From a virus (taxonomy: Duplodnaviria; Caudoviricetes): a stretch of DNA of 64,000 nucleotides. The DNA lies in IMG/VR virus record IMGVR_UViG_3300020034_000012, positions 1,962 through 65,961 of that record, one strand, 5' to 3'. A model generated the notes under the pieces. That model saw only the letters and a program-made list of their open reading frames with translations, made no database searches and had not been told where the DNA came from. How positions within the stretch are numbered: the first letter of the stretch is position 1; every line of letters starts with the position of its first letter. Shown in pieces: positions 36,548 to 45,053 of the stretch. The translations under genes and the position numbers were made by a program.

Positions 36548-36973
36548 ATGTCCAAAGATGCAACGGCAGTAAGCGACGATGAGGGGGCGCGTTCGGCCAC
36601 GCGCTTCATCGAACATGTAGCCGATGGCCAATGCGCTGCGGATCTGTCGCACGCAATCCATAAGCTGGGCTTGCGCCTGCTTGCTGAAACCAAGCAGCGC
36701 GCGGACAAGTGCACGGGCGAAGTTACGCTCAGGCTGAAGTTCATTTCAGAGCCTAGTGGGATCGTCGGCGTGGGCTACGAAGTCAACAGTAAGGAACCGA
36801 AGTCCAAGACCAGCGGTTCAGTCTTCTGGCTGACCAAAGGTGGCAACTTCAGCACGGACAATCCGCGGCAGCAGTCATTGCCAGGCATCCGCGAAGTGAA
36901 ACGTAACGATGAAGTCCGTGACCTGGGTGCAGTCGACCCAGCCAATGACAACGCTGAACCTAGGAGCGTGTGA
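36548..36973 (+). CDS. YfdP-like protein (partner of DUF2303)
   Basis: GEVTLRL, FWLTKGGNFSTDNPRQ; directly upstream of the DUF2303 gene. Confidence 0.6.
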   Translation: MSKDATAVSDDEGARSATRFIEHVADGQCAADLSHAIHKLGLRLLAETKQRADKCTGEVTLRLKFISEPSGIVGVGYEVNSKEPKSKTSGSVFWLTKGGNFSTDNPRQQSLPGIREVKRNDEVRDLGAVDPANDNAEPRSV

Positions 36974-36974
36974 C

Positions 36975-37838
36975 ATGGCCAGCTACTCAGAGGCAACCAC
37001 GGATGCAGCTGCCATCATCCAAGCCACGCTAGACAACTCAGCGGTGGATGTAATTGATCTGGACCGCACGAAGATCGTATCGGTCCCCGATGGTCAAGAG
37101 CTGAAGTCACTCAAGCCATTTCTGGATGAGTACCTTGAACGCCCAGAGCGCATCAAAGGTTGCGCGCACCTGTCCACGCTGGCCAGCTTCATCGATCACA
37201 TCAAGCGGTTCAAGAAACCCAGCTCTGCAGTCTTCGTGGGTGAGAAGAGTCTGCAGGCCATCTATGACTATCACGATGATGTGCCTGCGTTCTGCGTGCA
37301 CCGCGCTAGGTACATGTTCCCCTGGTCACCCGAGTGGCTGGCGTGGGAAGGCATCGACGGGGATCCACGTGGACAGCTGGGGTTCGCACAGTTCCTTGAG
37401 GACCACATCAGTGACATCACCACTGCGGAAGACGAGGACAGCAAACGTCTGTTCGGGGAGCTGGGCTTCAAGCTTGCAACGCCCGCGCAGATGCTGGCCA
37501 TGTCGCGTGGCTTGACCGTGCGTGTGGATTCAGAAGCCACAGCCAAAGCCAACCTGAGCACCGGCGAGATTGAAGTAGCGTACAAGGAATCGCACACGGA
37601 CACGGCGGGTCAGCCGCTCAAGGTCCCCGGTGGGTTCCTGCTTCTCATCCCTGCGTTCAAGCGTGGGGTGCTCTACCGCATCCCCGTGCGCCTGCGCTAC
37701 CGCGTGCAACACGGCAAAGTGCTGTGGACCACGCTGATGCTGCGTAAGGATGCAGTGGTGCAGGATGCCATCAAGGATGCGTGCGAGCGCGTCATTGAAG
37801 AGACTCAGGCGCCGCTCTTCCACGGTGACCCGGAATAA
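36975..37838 (+). CDS. DUF2303 / YfdQ family protein
   Basis: AIYDYH, HRA, SPEWLAW, FAQFLED, IPAFKRG, RLRYR. Confidence 0.82.
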   Translation: MASYSEATTDAAAIIQATLDNSAVDVIDLDRTKIVSVPDGQELKSLKPFLDEYLERPERIKGCAHLSTLASFIDHIKRFKKPSSAVFVGEKSLQAIYDYHDDVPAFCVHRARYMFPWSPEWLAWEGIDGDPRGQLGFAQFLEDHISDITTAEDEDSKRLFGELGFKLATPAQMLAMSRGLTVRVDSEATAKANLSTGEIEVAYKESHTDTAGQPLKVPGGFLLLIPAFKRGVLYRIPVRLRYRVQHGKVLWTTLMLRKDAVVQDAIKDACERVIEETQAPLFHGDPE

Positions 37839-37927
37839 CCTTGCGCGCGTACCACGGGACTTGATATCACGCAAGGTCGGACCCTTGAAAGGACGCAAGG
37901 ATATGACCCACCACCAAAGCAGCAGCA

Positions 37928-38239
37928 GTGTCCCCCGATGAGGCGGATGCACGGATTCAGAAGGCGCTAGCAGAAGCGCGCTACGTACAAGAGTTTGTCA
38001 GCAAGCACTACGCAGAGGTCGTGCTTGCTGGCGAAGTCGTGCGGCTGACCAACGTGCAGGCGCGCATCCACGTCATGATCAAATCGTGGCGAGAGATTGC
38101 CGCAGAACAGCGCGCGCTCGCACTCGAGTGGCGCACGCAGGGCGAGACACTTGCGTGGCATGCCATTCGCTTGGATAGCCGCGCTGAGATTCTGGAAGTG
38201 CAGGCGTTGTTACTCGAATCGATATTGACCACCCGCTGA
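37928..38239 (+). CDS. Hypothetical helical protein
   Basis: LAGEVVRL; fills gap. Confidence 0.5.
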   Translation: MSPDEADARIQKALAEARYVQEFVSKHYAEVVLAGEVVRLTNVQARIHVMIKSWREIAAEQRALALEWRTQGETLAWHAIRLDSRAEILEVQALLLESILTTR

Positions 38240-38252
38240 GAGGACAAGACCG

Positions 38253-38537
38253 ATGACCACCGAGAACGATACGGAACTAGGGGACGCAACCTTCAGCAGC
38301 ATCCCGGACCACCTGGGTGCGATGGCTGTGATGGACAAGACCGGTGATAGCAAGGTGACGTGGGACCCGAACCAACCCGCTGAAGTGGAAGCAGCGCGCG
38401 CGCAGTTCGATGTGTTGAAGAAGAAAGGTTACAGCGCGTTCCGCATGGGCGCGGATGACCAGCAGGGTGCACGCATGCAGGACTTCGATCCCGCTGCGCG
38501 CCGCATCATCTTCGTTCCGCAGATGCAAGGCGGGTGA
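38253..38537 (+). CDS. Small protein ending in diglycine (ubiquitin-like candidate)
   Basis: GAGGA RBS; 94 aa; ends RIIFVPQMQGG-stop. Confidence 0.75.
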   Translation: MTTENDTELGDATFSSIPDHLGAMAVMDKTGDSKVTWDPNQPAEVEAARAQFDVLKKKGYSAFRMGADDQQGARMQDFDPAARRIIFVPQMQGG

Positions 38538-38541
38538 TGCG

Positions 38542-39237
38542 ATGCCAATGGCTATGTGGAAGCAGCACCTGACGTGGACCAACGCCAGCAATGCAACTAC
38601 CGCCACCACTGTCACACCCATCATCGTTTGGGATGCAGCGGCAAACGTGACCAGCGGATCGTCAGCGTGGACATCTGTCACATGGAACACGGACGGGACT
38701 GCTGCATACGATATCACTGCCGCAGCGCTAGCAGCTGCGCGCAAGTGGTTGGTGCAATGGCCGCCCCCGAACTTCGTACAACCATTGCCGCAGCCAGCGG
38801 ACATCAGACAAGAGACACCTGAAGAGCGCAATGCACGGTGGGCCATGCGGGATCGCTACGCACAAGAGCAGGCAGGCCATGACCATGCAGCGCGCTTGGC
38901 ATCGCGTGGCAGGTTCTTAGAACACGAACGTGCGAACGCGCGCGCTGAGAAGCTGCTGGTGGAAATGCTGTCACCACACCAAGCAGAAGAGCTGCGCGCA
39001 AGCGGACACTTCCACGTGCGGCTGATGAACGGCAGGCGCTACCGCATCAGCCGCGGTCAGCATGGCAACGTGGTTGAAGTCGATGGTGCGGGACGTGGTC
39101 TGCGTTCGCTGTGCGTGCAACCGGTGGGTCACCTGCCTGATGCAGACGCGATGCTGGCGCAGAAGCTGTGGCTTGAAACGGATGAGGCTACGTTACTGAG
39201 AACTGCGAACATCACCCCGATGCGCGCGCGCGCGTAG
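38542..39237 (+). CDS. Partner of the diglycine protein, Cys-containing C-terminal domain
   Basis: W/T/S/N-rich N-terminus, charged helix, then AEKLL..GRRYRI..GNV..LCVQP..LP.AD.MLAQKLWLETDE..AN. Confidence 0.75.
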   Translation: MPMAMWKQHLTWTNASNATTATTVTPIIVWDAAANVTSGSSAWTSVTWNTDGTAAYDITAAALAAARKWLVQWPPPNFVQPLPQPADIRQETPEERNARWAMRDRYAQEQAGHDHAARLASRGRFLEHERANARAEKLLVEMLSPHQAEELRASGHFHVRLMNGRRYRISRGQHGNVVEVDGAGRGLRSLCVQPVGHLPDADAMLAQKLWLETDEATLLRTANITPMRARA

Positions 39238-39246
39238 GTGAAACCC

Positions 39247-39399
39247 ATGATCCCCTGGCCGCTATGTGCCCTAGTTTGCCTGGCCTGTTTCTTCTCTGGG
39301 CTGTGGCTCGGATACGGCCAGGGGATCAGTCACCGTCGATGGTTTGACCAGACGAAACACCGGATAGACAACGGTGATGACGGGGAAGAAACCAAGTAG
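39247..39399 (+). CDS. Small membrane peptide
   Basis: Manual translation MIPWPLCALVCLACFFSGLWLGYG..., 50 aa. Confidence 0.4.
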   Translation: MIPWPLCALVCLACFFSGLWLGYGQGISHRRWFDQTKHRIDNGDDGEETK

Positions 39400-39465
39400 C
39401 TGCCTAGCCTTGCAAGAATGCAAGGCGTGAATCAACTGGCATGGTATGACACAGGGGTAGAGCCG

Positions 39466-39684
39466 ATGACGCCAGCCAACGATAATGACGATCCCATTGT
39501 GGCTGAGCTGCGCTCGCTTCAAGCGGATTGCGAGGCGTTCGCTAAGCGGATGAACGAACGGCTGGCCAAGCTTCAGGCGCGCGTGGCAGGGAAGCCTACG
39601 CGCGCGAAAGCTGGCGCACCTACGCCAGAGGACTGGGATATTGTTTACCGCGCCAAGGCTCGCAAGCAGCGGCGCATGGGGTAG
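39466..39684 (+). CDS. Small basic protein upstream of integrase (possible directionality factor)
   Basis: Ends 3 nt before int; basic C-terminus; function inferred from position only. Confidence 0.55.
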   Translation: MTPANDNDDPIVAELRSLQADCEAFAKRMNERLAKLQARVAGKPTRAKAGAPTPEDWDIVYRAKARKQRRMG

Positions 39685-39687
39685 TTC

Positions 39688-40965
39688 ATGGGACGCAAGC
39701 TAAAGGGATACACGCGCAGCCACAATGGCGTCATCGAAGTCTGGGTCGGTGGTGACTACATCAGTTCAGTCACAGACCCTGACCAGGCTGAGCGCGTAAA
39801 GAATGCTGCAGTCCAGGACCGCACAGGCACTGCGCCGTCCATCTTCTCTGTTTACGCGAAGGCGTGGTGGATAGCGCGTGAAGAGCTGGCGCAGAAGCTT
39901 GGCCGTGTGCGTGCATTCGAAAAAGAGAAAAGCGTGTGGGACTTCCACGTTACCGGTGCGAAGTTCTTTCACGCACCGCTGAAGAGCCTCAAGCCGAAGA
40001 TGATTCAGCAGTGGATCGGTGTGATGGGAAAGAAGCACGCGATGCACGCCATCACCTGCAAGGGTAAGGACGGCAAGCCGAAGACGATTCTGCGTGACAC
40101 GGGACGTCCGCTCGCAAGGCGCGTAATCGAACAGGCTTTGAAATACGTCAAGCAAGTTCTGGATGCGGCGATCGTCGATGGCAAGATGAGCGGCAACGTC
40201 AACCCTGCGCGGCTGGTACGCTTACCGCGTGAAGGGGTGCCGCAGACCGATGGCCAGCTCATCGTGCACTTGTTAGTGGAAGAGATTGAGCAACTGCTAG
40301 CGATGGACTTGCCGCCACTGCAGCGCGCTGTGTTCACCGTCGCCATCTATACGGGGCTGCGTGATGATGAGCTGTGGGGATTGCGCTGGGTGGATGTCAT
40401 CCTAGATGGAGCGCAGCCAGAGATTCGCGTGCGTCGCAGCTACGCTGGTCCGTGCAAGACAAAACACTCCATCCGGGATGTGCCGCTATTCGATGAAGCG
40501 ATCGATGCGCTCAGAGAGTGGCGCGCTGTTCGGTCTGCGTTAGCAGCGCCTGTCATCGGGGACGCGCTGGTCTTCCCGGCTGAGTCCGGTGGATGCCACC
40601 ACGAAAGCTTCACGGCTGGATGGCGAGACAAGTACCGCAAAGTAAATGGCAAGGTGGTGCGGTCCCCTGGCTGGCGCGCGCGCGCTGGCATCCGTGAAGA
40701 AGTGGACTTCAAAGACATGCGCCACACATGCGGCTGCCACCTGGTGCAGGGGACGTGGACCGATGGGGAATCTATGCCCCTGGGTGCAGTGAAGACGTGG
40801 CTAGGCCACAGCTCTGAAGCCACCACAGAGAAGCACTACGCGGCGTTCACATCGGACAATCTGCATTCGCGTTTGCGGGGACGTCGCAACCAGAAACCAC
40901 GTGCGGATAAAGCGGGAATAAAGCGGGAGGGTAAAACGACCATACGTGCTAAGTCTGCGGATTGA
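39688..40965 (+). CDS. int: Tyrosine integrase
   Basis: YTGLRDDEL (R), KTK (K), KDMRHT, LGHSS, KHYA (Y). Confidence 0.93.
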   Translation: MGRKLKGYTRSHNGVIEVWVGGDYISSVTDPDQAERVKNAAVQDRTGTAPSIFSVYAKAWWIAREELAQKLGRVRAFEKEKSVWDFHVTGAKFFHAPLKSLKPKMIQQWIGVMGKKHAMHAITCKGKDGKPKTILRDTGRPLARRVIEQALKYVKQVLDAAIVDGKMSGNVNPARLVRLPREGVPQTDGQLIVHLLVEEIEQLLAMDLPPLQRAVFTVAIYTGLRDDELWGLRWVDVILDGAQPEIRVRRSYAGPCKTKHSIRDVPLFDEAIDALREWRAVRSALAAPVIGDALVFPAESGGCHHESFTAGWRDKYRKVNGKVVRSPGWRARAGIREEVDFKDMRHTCGCHLVQGTWTDGESMPLGAVKTWLGHSSEATTEKHYAAFTSDNLHSRLRGRRNQKPRADKAGIKREGKTTIRAKSAD

Positions 40966-41073
40966 TTGAAGTTGCACCCATAGCTCAGCCGGAAGAGCAG
41001 CGGCCTTCTAAGCAGCCGCTACGCTGAATGATTTCATAGACTTAGATGAGCATCCCGCTCTATTCCGCTTTAT
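40907..41073. other. attP: arm-type repeats flanking a tRNA-derived core
   Basis: ATAAAGCGGGA twice (40907-40928); inverted variants at 41053-41073; CTAAGTCT/AGACTTAG inverted pair; AGCGGC/GCCGCT symmetry around CTTCTAAGCA. Confidence 0.8.
40974..41013 (+). tRNA. 5-prime fragment of tRNA-Arg(UCU); att core, not a full tRNA
   Basis: GCACCCA TA GCTC AGCCGGAA GAGC A GCGGC CT-TCT-AA GC; no T-arm or 3-prime acceptor strand follows. Confidence 0.82.
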
Positions 41074-41103
41074 AAAACCGCAGCACCCGGACAGGGGGTC
41101 CGC

Positions 41104-41448
41104 ATGGACTCGCGAGACAACGCACCGCCTAGGCCAGCCATCTGCTTGCACGCAATCGGGGACGATGACGCGCCCCGTCCCCTGATGCTGGTCATCACCC
41201 CGGACTCATTCGCCGTGTACGAAACGCTGCCCCTGAACTGCGTGGCGAATGGGACCGCAGCTTGGGAAGTCCATGGCCCACTTGGATCGGTGGTGCTGCG
41301 TGGTAGCGGGGACTTCCCGCTGACCCGTGAACTTGAACGCGAGATTGTGCAGTGTTGGTATGAGCACTACGTCAGTAGCGATGGCGCAGACCCCGTGCAC
41401 ACGTTCAGCAAGTACACGCGCAGCACTCCACCGGATGGGATGCACTGA
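41104..41448 (+). CDS. Hypothetical protein
   Basis: TGATG-coupled to next gene. Confidence 0.55.
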   Translation: MDSRDNAPPRPAICLHAIGDDDAPRPLMLVITPDSFAVYETLPLNCVANGTAAWEVHGPLGSVVLRGSGDFPLTRELEREIVQCWYEHYVSSDGADPVHTFSKYTRSTPPDGMH

Positions 41449-41828
41449 TGAGCAACTCGCCACCGAAGTTCAGTCCTGAAGAAGCGGTTGCGTGGGAAGC
41501 GTTCTGCGCTGGTGTGCCTGACTACGTGGCTGCAGTGGCTCGCAAGTATCCGTGTGATCGGTGCTACCGCTCGACGGAAAACCCGGGCTTCCACTACTGG
41601 ATCTATTCGTACGAAGAAAACGCAGACTGGGTCTGCACGCTCAAGCTCATCCACGGTTTGGACAGCACGCTCCCCGGGACCTACACGTTCGGTCAGCCCC
41701 CGGACCAGCTGCTTCCATGCGACTGCGGCAAGTGGGAAATGCCTAGCAAAGAAATCTGCGATGCGGTGGCGGCAAGCGCGCGTGCAGAAGGCGATCGCAT
41801 GCGTGCGAAAAACAAGCGGCGGAACTGA
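41448..41828 (+). CDS. Hypothetical protein
   Basis: HYWIYSYEE, PCDCGKW. Confidence 0.6.
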   Translation: MSNSPPKFSPEEAVAWEAFCAGVPDYVAAVARKYPCDRCYRSTENPGFHYWIYSYEENADWVCTLKLIHGLDSTLPGTYTFGQPPDQLLPCDCGKWEMPSKEICDAVAASARAEGDRMRAKNKRRN

Positions 41829-41830
41829 CC

Positions 41831-42061
41831 ATGGAAAAGACCATCGTTCCCCGCTGGCTGCTGCTCAAGGTGATGGAGCAAAACATGAAGCGGCCACCGG
41901 ACGTCTGCACGTTCTGCGGCAATGGCGGCAAGCTGGAAGCGCACACGGTTACGTTCACGCGTGACAACCACAGCGAGATAGATGGCAAGTATGACGTGCG
42001 CGTGTGCGAGCGGTGCGAAGCCATCATGTGGAACCACCCTAGCTTCATGCTTGAGCAATGA
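41831..42061 (+). CDS. Zn-ribbon protein
   Basis: CTFC..VCERC. Confidence 0.55.
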   Translation: MEKTIVPRWLLLKVMEQNMKRPPDVCTFCGNGGKLEAHTVTFTRDNHSEIDGKYDVRVCERCEAIMWNHPSFMLEQ

Positions 42062-42438
42062 AGCTGTGCGTGACCGGTGGCCGCAAGTACAGCGATCGCT
42101 CCACAGCGTTTGAAGTTCTAGACTCGACGCACGAACTACTGAGCATCGATGCGCTGGCGCATGGCGATGCACCCGGTGCGGATGCGCTGGCCGATGAGTG
42201 GTGTCTGCTGCGTGGCGTCCCGTGCGAACGCTTCGCCGCTGAGTGGACGCGCTACCGCAAGCCCGGACGTAAGAACCCAGCTGGCGCCATCCGCAACCGG
42301 CTGATGCTGAGCACGTTCAGACCGGACGTGCTCATCGCGTTCCCCGGTGGCAGCGGCACTGCGGACTGCGTAGCTACAGCGCGCACACTTGGCATCACCG
42401 TGCTTGACCTGCGCGAAAGGCTTAGGGATTCAGGCTGA
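42058..42438 (+). CDS. SLOG superfamily (YspA-like/DUF2493) protein
   Basis: VTGGRKY, HGDAPGAD, AGAIRN..ML, AFPGGSGTAD. Confidence 0.88.
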   Translation: MKLCVTGGRKYSDRSTAFEVLDSTHELLSIDALAHGDAPGADALADEWCLLRGVPCERFAAEWTRYRKPGRKNPAGAIRNRLMLSTFRPDVLIAFPGGSGTADCVATARTLGITVLDLRERLRDSG

Positions 42439-42480
42439 CTTGATTGTCGCCTTGCACGCAATCAAGTTGCATCCTAGAAT
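42438..42480 (+). promoter_or_regulatory. Sigma70-type promoter with overlapping inverted-repeat operator, copy 1
   Basis: ACTTGATTG-N12-CAATCAAGT; TTGCAC-17-TAGAAT. Confidence 0.85.
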
Positions 42481-42489
42481 AGTAGTCCA

Positions 42490-43017
42490 ATGACTACTGC
42501 AACTAACCGAGTGCACCCGTTCGAGCAAGCTGGCCTAGGCATCGCACCGTTCAAGCTGGTGGGTACGTTCGTATCCAAGTACCAGGCGATCCCGGGTGAC
42601 CCGAACTGCCCGATCCAACCGGGGTCATCGTGTGACTACTGCGCGCAGGGCATCATGCTGGTGTGCGTCATCCGCGGTGCGGACGGTCGTGACTTCAAGG
42701 TGGGCTATGACTGTGCGGCGAAGACCACGCGCGATGCGGCCACCACCGCGGACCAGAAGCTAGCCGCTGCCATCGACGGTGCGCGCCGCAAGCTGAACCG
42801 AAAGAAGGCGCACGTGCGCGCAGCGGATAAGGCCGCTGAGCTTGCGATGCTTTTGGATTCAGAGTTTGCGCGTGTGCGCCTCGCTAGCCTGCCGCACCCA
42901 AACAAGTGGCGCGCCAGCGAAGGTGACACCTTGCTGCAGTGGGCAATGTGGATGCTGAACAAAGCGGGCGCAGCTGGCCAAGCGCGCGCGCTCAAGGCGG
43001 TCAAGGCTGCGCTGTGA
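42490..43017 (+). CDS. Zn-binding hypothetical protein
   Basis: CDYC..FKVGYDC; directly after the promoter. Confidence 0.75.
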   Translation: MTTATNRVHPFEQAGLGIAPFKLVGTFVSKYQAIPGDPNCPIQPGSSCDYCAQGIMLVCVIRGADGRDFKVGYDCAAKTTRDAATTADQKLAAAIDGARRKLNRKKAHVRAADKAAELAMLLDSEFARVRLASLPHPNKWRASEGDTLLQWAMWMLNKAGAAGQARALKAVKAAL

Positions 43018-43721
43018 ACCACTCAATCAGAACCTGGCAGCGCACAGCGAATGAGGCGCGCGCTGCCTACGTGCAGCTGCGGCGGGAAGCGTTGACCGCT
43101 GGCAGCCAGCACCGTGCGCACCGCACCGGGGTCAACCGGCTGGCGCTGGAAGATGCGATCGGTGGAGCCATCATGGCGCGCCATCGAGTGCTTCAGGTGC
43201 AGGCGCAGCTGGCCCGTGCACACGCGCAACACACCTTGAAAACGCGCAAGCCAGCCGCAAGTTCAGGACCTATGGAACACACACCAGAATCGCAACCCCC
43301 CGCAGCTGCACCCACCGAAGCGTCCCCCTACGCAACGATGGCTAGTGACCTTGCCCGTAAGCTGGCTGGCCTGGCTGCGCTGGCGAGTGACGCAGACCCA
43401 TACGGCAACGCTGGCCATGACACAGCCCTATGCGATTGCAGCGCGTGCACTAACTGGCGCCACGCAGTGGCGTCCCACGCAGCTCCAGCCCCGGAGTCGC
43501 CAGCAGAACCCGAGCCTACCCCAGGGCAGAAGAAGCACGGCGGCTACCGTCCTGGCAGCGGCAGCAAGCGCAGACCGGTGCAGAAGAAGAAGCAGAGCAA
43601 GCCCGCGTATGTGCACCTGACCCCAAAAGAAAAGCGGGAAGTGGAAGCGAAGGCCTACAAAGCAGACCTGAGCATCAGCGCCTACATCCGGAAACGATTA
43701 GGGTTTCCCACGGCCAGCTGA
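43014..43721 (+). CDS. Protein with C-terminal ribbon-helix-helix domain
   Basis: HGGYRPGSG motif then YVHLTPKEKREVEAKAYKADLSISAYIR; start uncertain (43014 or 43272). Confidence 0.7.
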   Translation: MNHSIRTWQRTANEARAAYVQLRREALTAGSQHRAHRTGVNRLALEDAIGGAIMARHRVLQVQAQLARAHAQHTLKTRKPAASSGPMEHTPESQPPAAAPTEASPYATMASDLARKLAGLAALASDADPYGNAGHDTALCDCSACTNWRHAVASHAAPAPESPAEPEPTPGQKKHGGYRPGSGSKRRPVQKKKQSKPAYVHLTPKEKREVEAKAYKADLSISAYIRKRLGFPTAS

Positions 43722-43724
43722 ATA

Positions 43725-43767
43725 ACTTGATTGTCGCCTTGCACGCAATCAAGTTCTCTCCCAGAGT
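43725..43767 (+). promoter_or_regulatory. Promoter/operator, copy 2
   Basis: 31 bp identical to 42438-42468; TTGCAC-17-CAGAGT. Confidence 0.8.
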
Positions 43768-43807
43768 GAACGTTGTTGGTTGAGTGGTTGGAAGGAAGAA
43801 GGCGAAG

Positions 43808-44023
43808 ATGAAATCAGGTTGGCAAGTTTTGAAGGCATCGGTCAGCGCGCGTAACGGCGGGCTCTACGTGGAAGGCATCAACCACGAATCGACTGACCCC
43901 CTCTTTCGCACCTTCTGCTGGCATATCGGGAAAGACAGTCTGAAAGATACGCGGTTTGATTTCAGTAGCTGCCAGTTTGCGTCTGGCGCGCTGACTGTTG
44001 CCGCTCGACTTTTGGAACGCTGA
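43808..44023 (+). CDS. Hypothetical protein
   Basis: Purine-rich RBS after operator 2. Confidence 0.5.
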   Translation: MKSGWQVLKASVSARNGGLYVEGINHESTDPLFRTFCWHIGKDSLKDTRFDFSSCQFASGALTVAARLLER

Positions 44024-44107
44024 TTAGACTGACGCTGCTGCCGCAGCCACCGCACTGCGGCACATGCGTAAGCGAATCAACGCTGAAACGAAAGTAGTAC
44101 CACCACC

Positions 44108-44353
44108 GTGACTCTGAGTATTCGTGATGACGGGCAGATCCATAACACCGCGATCAACCTTGAGGGCTGCACCCCTGAAGAGCTGAAGGAAGTGTCCAAG
44201 CATCCCGCGATCCACAGGGACGTGCGGCAAGCTGCGCTGCTGAGCATGAACGCGCGCGCGCTCAGGCTGGACGGTCAGATCGCGCAGGCGCTCATCATGG
44301 AAGGCGCGATTGAGCGCATCTACAACTTGCTGCCCAGCCATCTGCGTTGGTGA
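44108..44353 (+). CDS. Hypothetical protein
   Basis: ARALRLDGQI..IYNLLPSHLRW. Confidence 0.55.
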   Translation: MTLSIRDDGQIHNTAINLEGCTPEELKEVSKHPAIHRDVRQAALLSMNARALRLDGQIAQALIMEGAIERIYNLLPSHLRW

Positions 44354-44370
44354 TGAAGGGACTGAAGACG

Positions 44371-44808
44371 ATGACCAGAATATTCACGCTCATCACTGCC
44401 GCGCTGCTCATCGCGTGCGGCAGTGATGACGCGGCTGACCCCGTCTGTGACTCGGACGTGTGCGCGCTCATCGACACACGCGAAACGCTGACCTGCTTCT
44501 CACACACGTACAGCTACGAAGTGCAGCGCACGGGCTTGCAGCTTGCGGTCAAGTGCAGCGCTGCGGGTGACTTGGATGGCAAGACCATCAAAGTTCCTGA
44601 CACCACGCAGGTCCTCATCAGTCTGGGTGAAGAGCCTGGCGCATGGCCCACCGCTACGTGTGGTGTGCGGTTCATGCTGCAAGGCGGACCGTTCGTGTAC
44701 GCGGAGATGGAAGCGAACGACCTAGGGACTGCAGACGTTGCGGCGGACTACACCGCTGCGAACTTCAGGTTTGACCGGTGCGATTACTCGGGAGTGCTGC
44801 CGCTATGA
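44371..44808 (+). CDS. Putative lipoprotein
   Basis: Signal MTRIFTLITAALLIA-C lipobox; Cys-rich. Confidence 0.7.
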   Translation: MTRIFTLITAALLIACGSDDAADPVCDSDVCALIDTRETLTCFSHTYSYEVQRTGLQLAVKCSAAGDLDGKTIKVPDTTQVLISLGEEPGAWPTATCGVRFMLQGGPFVYAEMEANDLGTADVAADYTAANFRFDRCDYSGVLPL

Positions 44809-45053
44809 CCATCACCAAGTACCCAGGTTTGTTGACCGAACTGCAGCGGCTGGAGTCCGAAGCGGGAAAGGTCTGGACCCAGACAGAAGGCCCGCGGTTT
44901 GAGTTTGATGACGCTGGGTGGACAGCTGTGCTGCGCGTTCGCAGGGACAAGCGTGGGCGCTGGATGACCATCAGTGCGACAGACAAAACACCACGCGCTG
45001 CAGCGGACAAGCTGATTACAGACTTCGCTTTGTGGGCGCAAGTACAGCCGTGA
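44805..45053 (+). CDS. Hypothetical protein
   Basis: Coupled overlaps. Confidence 0.55.
   Translation: MTITKYPGLLTELQRLESEAGKVWTQTEGPRFEFDDAGWTAVLRVRRDKRGRWMTISATDKTPRAAADKLITDFALWAQVQP

Noticed and set aside
40974-41050. Complete tRNA-Arg gene
   Set aside because: No T-arm (GTTC) or complementary acceptor strand after the anticodon; treated as att core
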